Part shown: positions 9,065 to 18,303 of the stretch, piece by piece | Layout of the letters: each line of letters opens with the position of its first letter | How positions within the stretch are numbered: the stretch's first letter is position 1 | Source of the DNA: an archaeon | GTDB lineage: Archaea > Asgardarchaeota > Thorarchaeia > Thorarchaeales > Thorarchaeaceae | NCBI GenBank assembly: GCA_024275415.1 | Contig: JAJRZD010000017.1 | Span: 1 to 32,000, forward strand | Reading direction: 5' to 3' | DNA length: 32,000 nt | Program-made: the position numbers and the translations under genes | The notes under the pieces: generated by a model | The model's input: the letters and a program-made list of their open reading frames with translations, nothing else | Database searches by the model: none | Told to the model about the DNA's origin: nothing

Positions 9065-11227
9065 ATGGAACCTATGAAGATGCGTCAGAAAAGAACCCTG
9101 CTTTCGTTGTTGACTCTTTGTACATTCTTGCTATCACTATCGTTGCAGTTACCAGTGCAAATAGCATCATCCTATTTCCCTCCTACAGGTGAAACAGCAC
9201 TGGCGCAAGTAGATCAGTTTCAGGTCTATCATGGAGGAGCAGTGGAAAGTATACGCATCACCGAATACGCGACGCTGGACGCTGCATTGACCGCAATTGA
9301 GAACGGGCAAGCAGACGTATTCGGTCAAAGGCTGAACGCATCGGATTACGAGTTGCTATCGGGGTATCCTAACGCAAAGGCACAATGGGCATACGACAAT
9401 CTCGCTTTCATGGTGACAATGAATACACAGTTCTATCCATTAGAGAACGAGCACCTTCGTAAGGCCATCGCGTTTGCCATTAACAAGACTGCCATCGCAG
9501 AGGATGCAATGAACGGGACTGTGGACAAGCTTGATTTCGTCCTACCGCTGTTCAACGAGTACTCTGTCGAGGACACACTTGGCGGACAATACTATGACGC
9601 CGAGATCCTTCAGGCACAAGATGAGCTTGCTCTTGCAGGAATGCTTGATGTGGATGATGATTCTGTGGTGGAAGCTCCTAACGGGGATGAGGTGATATTC
9701 CCGATATGGTATCCCTATGACATAAACGGATTAAATGAAACAGCTACCATCATATCGGAGGGGTTGTTCGATGTGGGCATCAACAACACACTGGTGCCTA
9801 TGAATTTCACGAATCTACAATACCAGATTGCTAACCACAATTCGACTTACGCCATTGCCCTGTACCAGCAAGAACTGGATCAGTACGGATATGAATGGGT
9901 AGCGACCACTTTCGCCACAGCTAATCGTTTTGTTTTTGGCGACAACATCGCAAACATCAACCACGCACAGCTCAACCAGTTGGCTGACGAGTACAAGGAT
10001 GCAATCTACATGGAAACCGCCGAATCAAAAGGCTATCAGGCTATGATGCTAATCCATGATATCAGCCCAGTCGTACCCCTGTTCTCGTACCGATGGCTTT
10101 CTGTGTACTCAGAAGTCAATTTCGTGAACTGGCCAAACGACACTTACGCAGGCGCGTTCGGGCCTTGGACTCCCGCGTTGGTCACGCCCGCTGGTTCAAC
10201 ATCAGAACTGGTGGTAGCAGTTCTCCCCAGCTACTTTGATGATTTCTTCAATTCTCTGAATCCCTTCTTCGGCGGTAAAGTGATTGGCCCTGACTGGGTA
10301 GAACGATACTACTTCAACCCCTACCTGCTGGTGTACGACTCACCTATTGCTACTGCTCCCGATGGGAAGGCTGTTCCGCGCCATGCCACTTCGTGGGAAA
10401 TGGAATTCCTTGGTGTCGTCCCCGATCTGACCAACAACGAGTCCCGTGCGAACTACTATTGTGACCCCTACGCGAATTGGACTGATGGCATAGGGATGGA
10501 TGCGCAGGATTATCGGTTCACTTTCGATTATTACAAGAACAACTCACTGACAGTATATTCCTCTAACCTTGATGAAGTAAAGGTCACAGGAATATACCTT
10601 GCCGGTGTGGAGTATTCAATCCGCGATATGTTCCTGTATCGGAAGATCGGTGTTCTCCCAATCCTTCCCGAGCACATCTGGACCGGAAAGGACGCGTCAT
10701 CATGGAACCCCTCTGTTGCGGAGGTAGTAGGTTCAGGGCCATTCGTGTTCGCATCGTTCACTTCTGGAACCGAATTAATCTTGCAGGCGAATGCCGACTA
10801 CTATCCCGAGATTGACGTGAACCCGCCGACCCTTCGGTCACTGACTATTACTCCCGAAGACCCAATCCCATCTGAGAGTGCTGTATTCCGTGTGTTCGTC
10901 GATGACCGAAGCAGGATTGCTAATGTGACTCTCTCCTATACATATCGGGTTGGTACTATCAATTTCACAGATTCCACCGTGATGGTAGAGGACGCGTCAG
11001 GCTACCAAGGGACTATTCCTGCAAGGGTTACGGCGAACTCTGTTTACTGGGAAATACATGCCACGGACATCTGGGGAAATAGTGCTAAGCTGGCAAATGG
11101 GACTTATCCTAATGTCGAGGAACCAGTTGACGAGAGCTTTGCCATTGACCCAGTCTTGATTGCATCATCCGGTGTGGGACTAGTCGCCATCGTCGGGATC
11201 TTACTGCGGAAAAGACGCTCCAAGTAG
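9065..11227 (+). CDS. Membrane-anchored surface protein with ABC peptide substrate-binding (SBP family 5)-like domains and a C-terminal Ig-like domain
   Basis: Signal peptide; 'LRKAIAFAINK', 'WTDG...DAQDYRFTF', 'ILPEHIW' and 'VGSGPF' are SBP-5-like; C-terminal TM followed by RKRRSK; many N-glycosylation sequons. Confidence 0.75.
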   Translation: MEPMKMRQKRTLLSLLTLCTFLLSLSLQLPVQIASSYFPPTGETALAQVDQFQVYHGGAVESIRITEYATLDAALTAIENGQADVFGQRLNASDYELLSGYPNAKAQWAYDNLAFMVTMNTQFYPLENEHLRKAIAFAINKTAIAEDAMNGTVDKLDFVLPLFNEYSVEDTLGGQYYDAEILQAQDELALAGMLDVDDDSVVEAPNGDEVIFPIWYPYDINGLNETATIISEGLFDVGINNTLVPMNFTNLQYQIANHNSTYAIALYQQELDQYGYEWVATTFATANRFVFGDNIANINHAQLNQLADEYKDAIYMETAESKGYQAMMLIHDISPVVPLFSYRWLSVYSEVNFVNWPNDTYAGAFGPWTPALVTPAGSTSELVVAVLPSYFDDFFNSLNPFFGGKVIGPDWVERYYFNPYLLVYDSPIATAPDGKAVPRHATSWEMEFLGVVPDLTNNESRANYYCDPYANWTDGIGMDAQDYRFTFDYYKNNSLTVYSSNLDEVKVTGIYLAGVEYSIRDMFLYRKIGVLPILPEHIWTGKDASSWNPSVAEVVGSGPFVFASFTSGTELILQANADYYPEIDVNPPTLRSLTITPEDPIPSESAVFRVFVDDRSRIANVTLSYTYRVGTINFTDSTVMVEDASGYQGTIPARVTANSVYWEIHATDIWGNSAKLANGTYPNVEEPVDESFAIDPVLIASSGVGLVAIVGILLRKRRSK

Positions 11228-11229
11228 CC

Positions 11230-12717
11230 TTATTGTGATGGCTTGGAGCGGATTTTGATAACCGCGAAGATAACAGTCACTCCTACGACAGCAAGTCCTA
11301 AGACAATGGCGGGACCATAGACTATCAATGGGTCATTTGGCCAGATTTGAGCGAGGGCATTCCCAGCCGCCAGCCAGCCATCTGCAACACCCATCAGATG
11401 GGCGGAAATCGTATCAAGCTCAGATGAATATTGCTGCAATGTTCCCGCCATGTCACCCGTCCGATTGTATTCCTGACTCATATTATAGAATGTCTTGGAA
11501 ATGATGCCTTCAAGTCGGTTCAACTCACCCGGATATATCAGCGAAACATTCGATGATAGGGCCTCCATGTGTGGAAGCGCTGATTCAGCCGCGCTCACAA
11601 AGTCAGTCAGGTCTACATCTGGCATGAGCGAAGGCAACACCTTCACAGCCTTTCGATATGAAAGGTACTGGATTGTAAGGGCAGATTCGATACCCAGACC
11701 GATGAACAAGAGAACTGATGACTTGAACAATCGCTCATTATCGATACCATCGAAGATGGAAAGGTACTCTGTCAGCCCACTGACTGCGAGGTCCTCACTC
11801 ATCAGCCTGAAACCCTGTTCACCATATCTCCAGAGATATGCGCTGGAGCTACCAGGGGCATAGACCGAACCGACACCGAGCAGCTTGTCCCTTACCATGG
11901 TACCCAACCGGTCGGAGTAGTCGGAAACCTTCTCGCCAACGGGCTTCAAGAGGTTGCTGATATAATATCGATTAGACCATGCATTGTTGAGTGCAGTGTA
12001 CGTAATCTCTGTATAGTTCCCACGCCCGTCATCAGGGAACCCGAACTGGTCACCAAACGACCCTACACCTGGATCCATGATCGTAGCAGTCCCACGAGTG
12101 TCATTGTAGCCAACGATAACAACACCATGTGCTCCACCTGATGCATCATCTTCTCTTAGAATGTCATAATCTGATGCAGGGAGCCAAACTGGGTCTACGC
12201 TGACGATTAGCGGATATCCAGCATCTATGCTCTGGCGCATCAGATTGAATGCCTCCGCTTCACTACCTAGCAATCCAACATTGATTCCTTGGGATTCCCA
12301 GTATTGCTCATACTGGGTGGCACCTGTCAAATCCTCTGAGAGGAAGATAGTGTAGTTCACTCCATACAAGTCTGCTAGAAAATCAAGGGGCTCCGCTTGA
12401 GTGTAGATAGCTCCCGGATAAGTCAGAATCGTATCGTTGTAGTGAATGTATGCATAAGAGAATCCAATCGTTGACACTGCAAAGATATCATGCAGACTCA
12501 AATCCACACCGATGTGTTGAAGAGCGATGGACGCAGCAGCCCATCCACAGAATCCATTGATCTCTTGCCAGACATATGGCACTTGCTGCAACAATCCTTC
12601 ACCAGATAACACAGGTTCTTGTATGACTGTCATAGGACTAATCTCAGAACCGGTAGGTGTCAGAGGCATAAAAACTAGCATCACTAACATCGCAAAGCCA
12701 ACTATGGTCTTTCTCAT
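11230..12717 (-). CDS. Surface-anchored papain-like (C39-like) cysteine peptidase
   Basis: Start reassigned to the ATG at 12717 (GGAG upstream; MRKTIVGFAML signal peptide). QEINGFCGWAA (Gln/Cys), HGVVIVGY (His) and IMDPG (Asp) motifs; C-terminal TM and basic tail. Confidence 0.8.
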   Translation of the reverse strand: MRKTIVGFAMLVMLVFMPLTPTGSEISPMTVIQEPVLSGEGLLQQVPYVWQEINGFCGWAAASIALQHIGVDLSLHDIFAVSTIGFSYAYIHYNDTILTYPGAIYTQAEPLDFLADLYGVNYTIFLSEDLTGATQYEQYWESQGINVGLLGSEAEAFNLMRQSIDAGYPLIVSVDPVWLPASDYDILREDDASGGAHGVVIVGYNDTRGTATIMDPGVGSFGDQFGFPDDGRGNYTEITYTALNNAWSNRYYISNLLKPVGEKVSDYSDRLGTMVRDKLLGVGSVYAPGSSSAYLWRYGEQGFRLMSEDLAVSGLTEYLSIFDGIDNERLFKSSVLLFIGLGIESALTIQYLSYRKAVKVLPSLMPDVDLTDFVSAAESALPHMEALSSNVSLIYPGELNRLEGIISKTFYNMSQEYNRTGDMAGTLQQYSSELDTISAHLMGVADGWLAAGNALAQIWPNDPLIVYGPAIVLGLAVVGVTVIFAVIKIRSKPSQ

Positions 12718-12997
12718 GGTCAGGTCTCCAGCCCTTCGAGTCAAGCAGTTGAACATAAGGATTGTGAAATCGTGCAAGAATCCTTCATCATATCGCCTTT
12801 CTTTGGCAGATGATAGTATTTGTTTCGGGTGATTGAAACGCTGCAACGTGGTTTCAAATAGTAGCAATATTTGCAACTATCCTTTTAGTCTTAAACAACA
12901 TGTGCTGAGTAGTCATATTGGCAAATGGCTTCAGATTGCCTGATAAAACGGATGATGAGTTTCCTTTTGCCAGTAGAAATGCAGGTGAAATCGAATT

Positions 12998-13987
12998 ATG
13001 GACGTTAAACAGAATATCCTTGAAACAATCGGTAACACACCAATGGTGCGATTGAACCGTTTCTTTTCTGGTGTTGACGCTACAGTTCTGGCGAAACTGG
13101 AGTCTTTCAACCCCGGAGGAAGCATCAAAGATAGGATTGGAATCGCAATGCTGGAAGCTGCCGAGGACCAGAACCTCATCAAGCCTGGTGCCACTATTGT
13201 GGAGCCGACATCCGGGAACACAGGGACTGGGTTGGCATTGGCAGCCATCGTCAAGGGGTACAAGATGGTTGTCACAATTCCAGACAAGATGAGCATGGAG
13301 AAAATCAATCTCTTGAGGGCTCTCGGTGCGGAAGTGCGAGTTACTCCCACAGATGTCGAACCCGATGACCCCACAAGCTACCTGAAGGTCGCAGAGCGCA
13401 TCGTTAAGGAAACACCGGGCGCGTTCATGCCCAACCAGTACTTCAACTCAGCCAATCCTGAGATACACTACAAGACTACAGGGCCGGAAATATGGAAACA
13501 GACCGATGGCAAGGTGGATGTGTTCGTTGCAGGTATAGGTACTGGCGGAACCATTACCGGCATCGGCAGATACCTCAAAGAGATGAACCCAAAGATACGC
13601 ATAGTCGGGGTCGACCCTGAAGGCTCGATGTACCATCATGAGTTCGAAGGAACCGAATGGGAGATCCATACCTATCTGGTCGAGGGTATTGGCGAGGACT
13701 TTATGCCAGACACTTTGGATTTGAGTGTCGTCGATGAGGTCATCACAGTAAGTGATCGAGACGCCTTGGTCACAACAAGGGAATTGGTTCAGAAGGAAGG
13801 TATCCTTGCAGGAGGGTCATCTGGTGCAGCCGTGTTCGCTACCAAGAAGGTCGTCAAGAACTTGGACAAGGACAAGATAGTGGTAGTCCTGCTGCCTGAC
13901 ACGGGACGAAATTACCTGAGCAAGATTTTCGATAACGAGTGGATGGCCTCACAAGGGTTTCTCACCGATAGCGAGTCTGGTGAGTAA
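12998..13987 (+). CDS. PLP-dependent cystathionine beta-synthase / cysteine synthase family enzyme (MccA-like, no heme or CBS domains)
   Basis: SFNPGGSIKDR (PLP lysine), EPTSGNTG, NQYFN, GIGTGGT, GGSSG and PDTGRNYLSK. Confidence 0.92.
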   Translation: MDVKQNILETIGNTPMVRLNRFFSGVDATVLAKLESFNPGGSIKDRIGIAMLEAAEDQNLIKPGATIVEPTSGNTGTGLALAAIVKGYKMVVTIPDKMSMEKINLLRALGAEVRVTPTDVEPDDPTSYLKVAERIVKETPGAFMPNQYFNSANPEIHYKTTGPEIWKQTDGKVDVFVAGIGTGGTITGIGRYLKEMNPKIRIVGVDPEGSMYHHEFEGTEWEIHTYLVEGIGEDFMPDTLDLSVVDEVITVSDRDALVTTRELVQKEGILAGGSSGAAVFATKKVVKNLDKDKIVVVLLPDTGRNYLSKIFDNEWMASQGFLTDSESGE

Positions 13988-13989
13988 GG

Positions 13990-15150
13990 ATGAGGATAGG
14001 AACCAAGGTCATTCACGTGGGTGAGGAGCCCAACCTGAAAGAAGGCGGATATGGTGATGTGGTAGTCCCAATCCACCTCTCAACCACATACGCTCGGAAG
14101 AAACTAGACGTGCCAACCGCTGGATACGAATACTCTCGCACAGGCAACGTCACGAGACATGCACTTGAGAAACGACTTGCTTCGCTTGAGAATGCACGAT
14201 ATGCATTGGCGTTCGCTTCAGGGATGGCTGCAGAAACTACCCTTCTATTATCCTTGCTACAGCAAGGTGATCATGTGGTGGCCTTTGATGACCTGTACGG
14301 AGGCACACGCAGGCTCTTCAACCAGGTTCTCACGTATTTCGGTGTGAGCTTTTCGTATGTTGATGCCAGAAACCCTCAGAATGTCAAGGATGCCATGGAG
14401 AAGAATACAAAGCTGATATGGCTGGAAACCCCGACCAATCCGATGATGCGGCTCTGTGATATCGAAGCAATCGCAAAGATTGCAAAAGAAGAGGATGTCC
14501 TTACAGTGGTCGATAACACATTCATGAGCCCCATCTTCCAGTCACCAATGAATCTCGGAGCAGATATCGTCGTACACAGTACCACTAAGTATCTCGGGGG
14601 ACACAGCGATGTTGTCGGTGGGGCTGTGATAGTTTCTGATGATGATATCCATGAGAGAATAAAATTCAACCAGAACGCAGTGGGAGCTGTACCTTCCCCC
14701 TTTGACTGTTATCTGGTCTTGCGGGGCTCTAAGACCCTCGCAATCAGGATGCGGGAACATGAACGCAACGCCCTGCGGATAGCGACATTCTTAGAGGAAC
14801 ACCCTTCTATCCTCAACGTACACTACCCTGGTCTGCGTAGCCATCCCCAATACGAGCTGGCAAGAAAGCAGATGACAGGGTTTGGAGGTATGCTATCGAT
14901 AGAGCTTGCAGGCGACATCAAGAATGCAAGAAGGTTCCTAGAAGAGCTACAGTTCTTCTTCTTGGCCGAGAGCCTAGGTGGAGTCGAATCCCTTGTAGAA
15001 CATCCTGCAACCATGACTCATGCCAGTATTCCCCTATCGGAGAGGGAATTCCTTGGCATAAGCGACAGTCTTGTAAGACTCTCAGTCGGCATCGAGGATG
15101 TGGATGACCTCATCGAAGATCTTGATCGGGCATTGCAGCTAGCCTTCTAG
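13990..15150 (+). CDS. Cystathionine gamma-lyase/gamma-synthase family PLP enzyme (MccB/MetB-like)
   Basis: YEYSRTGN, FASGMAA, DDLYGGT, WLETPTNP, VDNTF, HSTTKYLGGHSD, AESLGGVESL and RLSVGIED; 2-nt gap after the CBS-like gene. Confidence 0.93.
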   Translation: MRIGTKVIHVGEEPNLKEGGYGDVVVPIHLSTTYARKKLDVPTAGYEYSRTGNVTRHALEKRLASLENARYALAFASGMAAETTLLLSLLQQGDHVVAFDDLYGGTRRLFNQVLTYFGVSFSYVDARNPQNVKDAMEKNTKLIWLETPTNPMMRLCDIEAIAKIAKEEDVLTVVDNTFMSPIFQSPMNLGADIVVHSTTKYLGGHSDVVGGAVIVSDDDIHERIKFNQNAVGAVPSPFDCYLVLRGSKTLAIRMREHERNALRIATFLEEHPSILNVHYPGLRSHPQYELARKQMTGFGGMLSIELAGDIKNARRFLEELQFFFLAESLGGVESLVEHPATMTHASIPLSEREFLGISDSLVRLSVGIEDVDDLIEDLDRALQLAF

Positions 15151-15213
15151 TGACATCTCAGATGGATCGGAGTGCTGCCAGGAAATAAGCAGTCCACAGG
15201 CAGCAGACTCCTT

Positions 15214-17442
15214 TCACTCCTCGTCCTTCCATGTGGCCAGAAGATATGACTCTTGTACACTTGCTGATGCGATGAAACTTGCCGTCCACTCAGGCAGGTC
15301 GGGCTCGGATCCAGACTCCAACATACTCTGCCATTCCTCATCTGTAAGCCGTCCATCGATGCTACGAGTGAACTCGTAGTATGAGAAGGTGCCTCCACGT
15401 GCAATATACAGCTGACCGTCTATAGGAACTATGACGAGAATAATGAACGGGTTGCCAACAGCCTCCTCCAGCACCTCATTGTTGTTTGGATCCGTGTGTA
15501 CTTCTACAACAAGCGACATGAACTTGTCTGCATCGGATGTGAGGTCATCATCAGATGGGTACGATGACACATTCTGTAGAGTTAGGCTGGCGCCCTCGAT
15601 GATCTGCATGTCAGTCGCGTTGAGAGGTTGGTTCGTGAGCTGCTTCACCGATATCGAATAAAGACCAACTAGGAACTCTCGTAACTTGACCAATCTCGCC
15701 TTGGATTCTTGAGCAAGAAGAGACCTAGAGGTCATCCCATCCAACATCATATCGCTTAGAGATATCAAGCGCGAGTACAACTCAGGAATCGGCTCTACAT
15801 AACCCGTGACAGAGGGCGACACGCTGGTAACCCCAACTGTGTATGATTGTTTTGCATAGAGGACAGTATCATGTCGAAGTTCAGTCCATGATGCAAGAGC
15901 AGTGTTCAGCTCCTTGTCGATCCACGCTTGGTTCCTCATGAATGCTGGATATCCCTCTTCAGGAGTCGAAAGGAGCGGCAATAAGGAGTACATCCAAAGG
16001 TAGTACAGGTTCTGCGTCCAATCTGTATCGTCCATATTAGTGATATAATTCATGAGCTTTCCCATCTGCTCAACGTAATTCTTGAACGCCTGCTCCTCTT
16101 CTTGTAGGGTGTATGCTCGCTCAGACCCAAAAGCTGCCATGACATCCAATCCGGAGGGCATCAGCCTTGGCTCAAGAGCAGTCCCGACCTTATCGTAGAC
16201 CAGCTCTCCTAGGATATAACTGTCGGGGATGAAGCGTTGTCCCATCAGACGCAACCCCTTTGTTACGTTACTTATCTCAGTGTCAGCCACGGGTGAGCCT
16301 AGTATCTCGGGGTCTCTCAACACCGCAGCCCTCTGAATGAATTCCTGTATGAGGGCATCTTCCTGTAATGTGATCCAACTTGGTGATGTGCCGAACACCT
16401 CATCGATGACCTGGAGATACTCTGGAGGAGTAAGGTCGTCAGAAGAGCCCACAAAGAATGCTGTGGGCTCATAGATTGCGTCCCACACGTCATAGCCCGA
16501 TATGCCAAGGGGATTGACGATGTTGGAAAGGTCGAGAGAGAGGAGGATTGCCTGCTGCGTGGGCAGTGTACCGTCATCAGAGGACAGTCTGAACTGGATC
16601 CTTCCATACCACATCATAACAAGGAAATACTTGCTGAGGATGTCTGAACGTGTATAATGTCCGCGCGGGATATACTGCGAGAAGTCCTCATTGTAGCCCA
16701 TGAACCAGTCATTGGTCATCTCTGATGCACTTTTGATCAGATTCATGACCCGAAGGACATCATCTTCCACGGCAGGATAGATGGATGTGGTATTGTCAAT
16801 GAGCAATGCAGCCACCGTGAAATATGCGACATTCCTACGAGCTGCCTCTTTCCAATCACCGGCAGGTGCATCCGCGTAGGTGGCAATGGAATCCTCAAGC
16901 ATCGAGAACGTGAGATTCCCCAACAGATCCCAGAAGGAATAGACCTCTGTTTCACGAAGAGCAAGGTCGTAGCATACATGAAAGGCGTGTAGAACCGCAT
17001 CGCTCGTTATAAAGTTCGGGATACCACTTTCCCTGTTAGACTCGAGGATCTCGTAAATCTGATGAAACTCCTCCTGCGGGATGACCACAAACCCGTTCTC
17101 TTCGAGCATCGTCTTTTGATGAGCGTTCAGATATACGAATGCATCTCGGTTTACCACGTTACTCAGATCTGGAGCAATAGTATATTCCAGAGCAATCGGG
17201 TCGAAATTGCTACCATAGGGCGAGTAGGTTCCGAATGAGGTAGTCACAGGGCTGTTGATGGTGATAAGTACACCACCGACTAGTTCTTCATCTGTTGCCA
17301 GATACCGTGGAGAAAAGCTGCCGCCAATGAATCCTAGCATCACCACAATCGTGGACGCCAGGATCGTTGCTGCAATGCCCCCACCAATCATCTTGCGTTT
17401 GGTCTCTGCGTCAACCGCTCTTACAATCTGTGTGATGCTCAT
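15214..17442 (-). CDS. DUF3160-family membrane-anchored/secreted protein
   Basis: 'ITSDAVLHAFH', 'YIPRGHYTRS', 'YFLVMMWYGR', 'GQRFIPDSY', 'LNTALASWTELRHDTVLYAKQSY' and 'GGTFSYYEF' match DUF3160 as I recall it; N-terminal TM. Confidence 0.85.
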   Translation of the reverse strand: MSITQIVRAVDAETKRKMIGGGIAATILASTIVVMLGFIGGSFSPRYLATDEELVGGVLITINSPVTTSFGTYSPYGSNFDPIALEYTIAPDLSNVVNRDAFVYLNAHQKTMLEENGFVVIPQEEFHQIYEILESNRESGIPNFITSDAVLHAFHVCYDLALRETEVYSFWDLLGNLTFSMLEDSIATYADAPAGDWKEAARRNVAYFTVAALLIDNTTSIYPAVEDDVLRVMNLIKSASEMTNDWFMGYNEDFSQYIPRGHYTRSDILSKYFLVMMWYGRIQFRLSSDDGTLPTQQAILLSLDLSNIVNPLGISGYDVWDAIYEPTAFFVGSSDDLTPPEYLQVIDEVFGTSPSWITLQEDALIQEFIQRAAVLRDPEILGSPVADTEISNVTKGLRLMGQRFIPDSYILGELVYDKVGTALEPRLMPSGLDVMAAFGSERAYTLQEEEQAFKNYVEQMGKLMNYITNMDDTDWTQNLYYLWMYSLLPLLSTPEEGYPAFMRNQAWIDKELNTALASWTELRHDTVLYAKQSYTVGVTSVSPSVTGYVEPIPELYSRLISLSDMMLDGMTSRSLLAQESKARLVKLREFLVGLYSISVKQLTNQPLNATDMQIIEGASLTLQNVSSYPSDDDLTSDADKFMSLVVEVHTDPNNNEVLEEAVGNPFIILVIVPIDGQLYIARGGTFSYYEFTRSIDGRLTDEEWQSMLESGSEPDLPEWTASFIASASVQESYLLATWKDEE

Positions 17443-17578
17443 AATGTACTCTGATTATCACAGTAGTATTTGGTTCCATCGTCTAGAACACCTTGTCCAT
17501 GTATTCGAACAGTCATGACCTTTCTGGGAACGAAGATATTATGAGATGCTCCTGTTCACATGTGTAAGGTGGGATTTT

Positions 17579-18031
17579 ATGACTGACAGAGATGGAGAAG
17601 AAATCTTTGACCACGAGTTGAGGGGGAACACCCTGCGGGTCTATTGGTTCATGATCCAAGAAAGCAGACCTGTCGGTGTGAGAGAGGTACAACGGTCTCT
17701 GGGAATGTCAAGCCCCTCCGTGGCATCACACCATCTCAACAAGCTTGTCAATCTCGCACTTGTTGAAAAACAGCCGGATAACAACTACGAGCTTGTGCGG
17801 ATAGTGAAGGTCGGCGTGCTTCGCAATTTCATCGGTTATCGTGGAGTCTTGCTTCCTAGATACGCATTCTTTGCTGTCTTTTTCACAGTTTTCACAGTGG
17901 TCTATGTAATACTCTCGATGACTCTCTGGGTCGGTCCGTTTGACCGGCTCATAGCTTTTGCTCTCGGTGTGATAGGTGCATTATTCGGCTGGTATGAAAC
18001 CTACAGACTTTGGAAATTAAAACTCGTATGA
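17579..18031 (+). CDS. Winged-HTH regulator-like protein with two C-terminal TM helices
   Basis: 'PVGVREVQRSLGMSSPSVASHHLNKLVNLALVEK' HTH, followed by two hydrophobic helices. The start is either 17579 or 17546. Confidence 0.8.
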   Translation: MTDRDGEEIFDHELRGNTLRVYWFMIQESRPVGVREVQRSLGMSSPSVASHHLNKLVNLALVEKQPDNNYELVRIVKVGVLRNFIGYRGVLLPRYAFFAVFFTVFTVVYVILSMTLWVGPFDRLIAFALGVIGALFGWYETYRLWKLKLV

Positions 18032-18052
18032 GTCACAGTGTATTTGTCATAG

Positions 18053-18235
18053 ATGCCGAGGACGGAGAGATTGAATGGTTATCCACATAAGGTGGATGGC
18101 ATTGAACGTTCAGAGAATATACCGAGCTATGACGAACAGATGGAAGAAATGTTCAGGACACATAGTCACTCCGAGTTGTTTGATATGGTCTGGAAACGGA
18201 TTGCAAAGCAAGCCGATGAGTTACGGACGATTTGA
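18053..18235 (+). CDS. Small hypothetical protein
   Basis: 60-aa ORF filling the gap between a + strand gene and a convergent gene; no family recognised. Confidence 0.45.
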   Translation: MPRTERLNGYPHKVDGIERSENIPSYDEQMEEMFRTHSHSELFDMVWKRIAKQADELRTI

Positions 18236-18303
18236 AGGTGCAAGGTCAGATGTCCTTGCCTATGCACTTTCAAGGATTTGCGATTCAAGATTAGCATCGG
18301 TCG

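Noticed and set aside
12718-12876. N-terminal extension of the C39-like peptidase in the ORF track
   Set aside because: The SD and signal peptide point to the ATG at 12717; the extension runs into the divergent promoter region.
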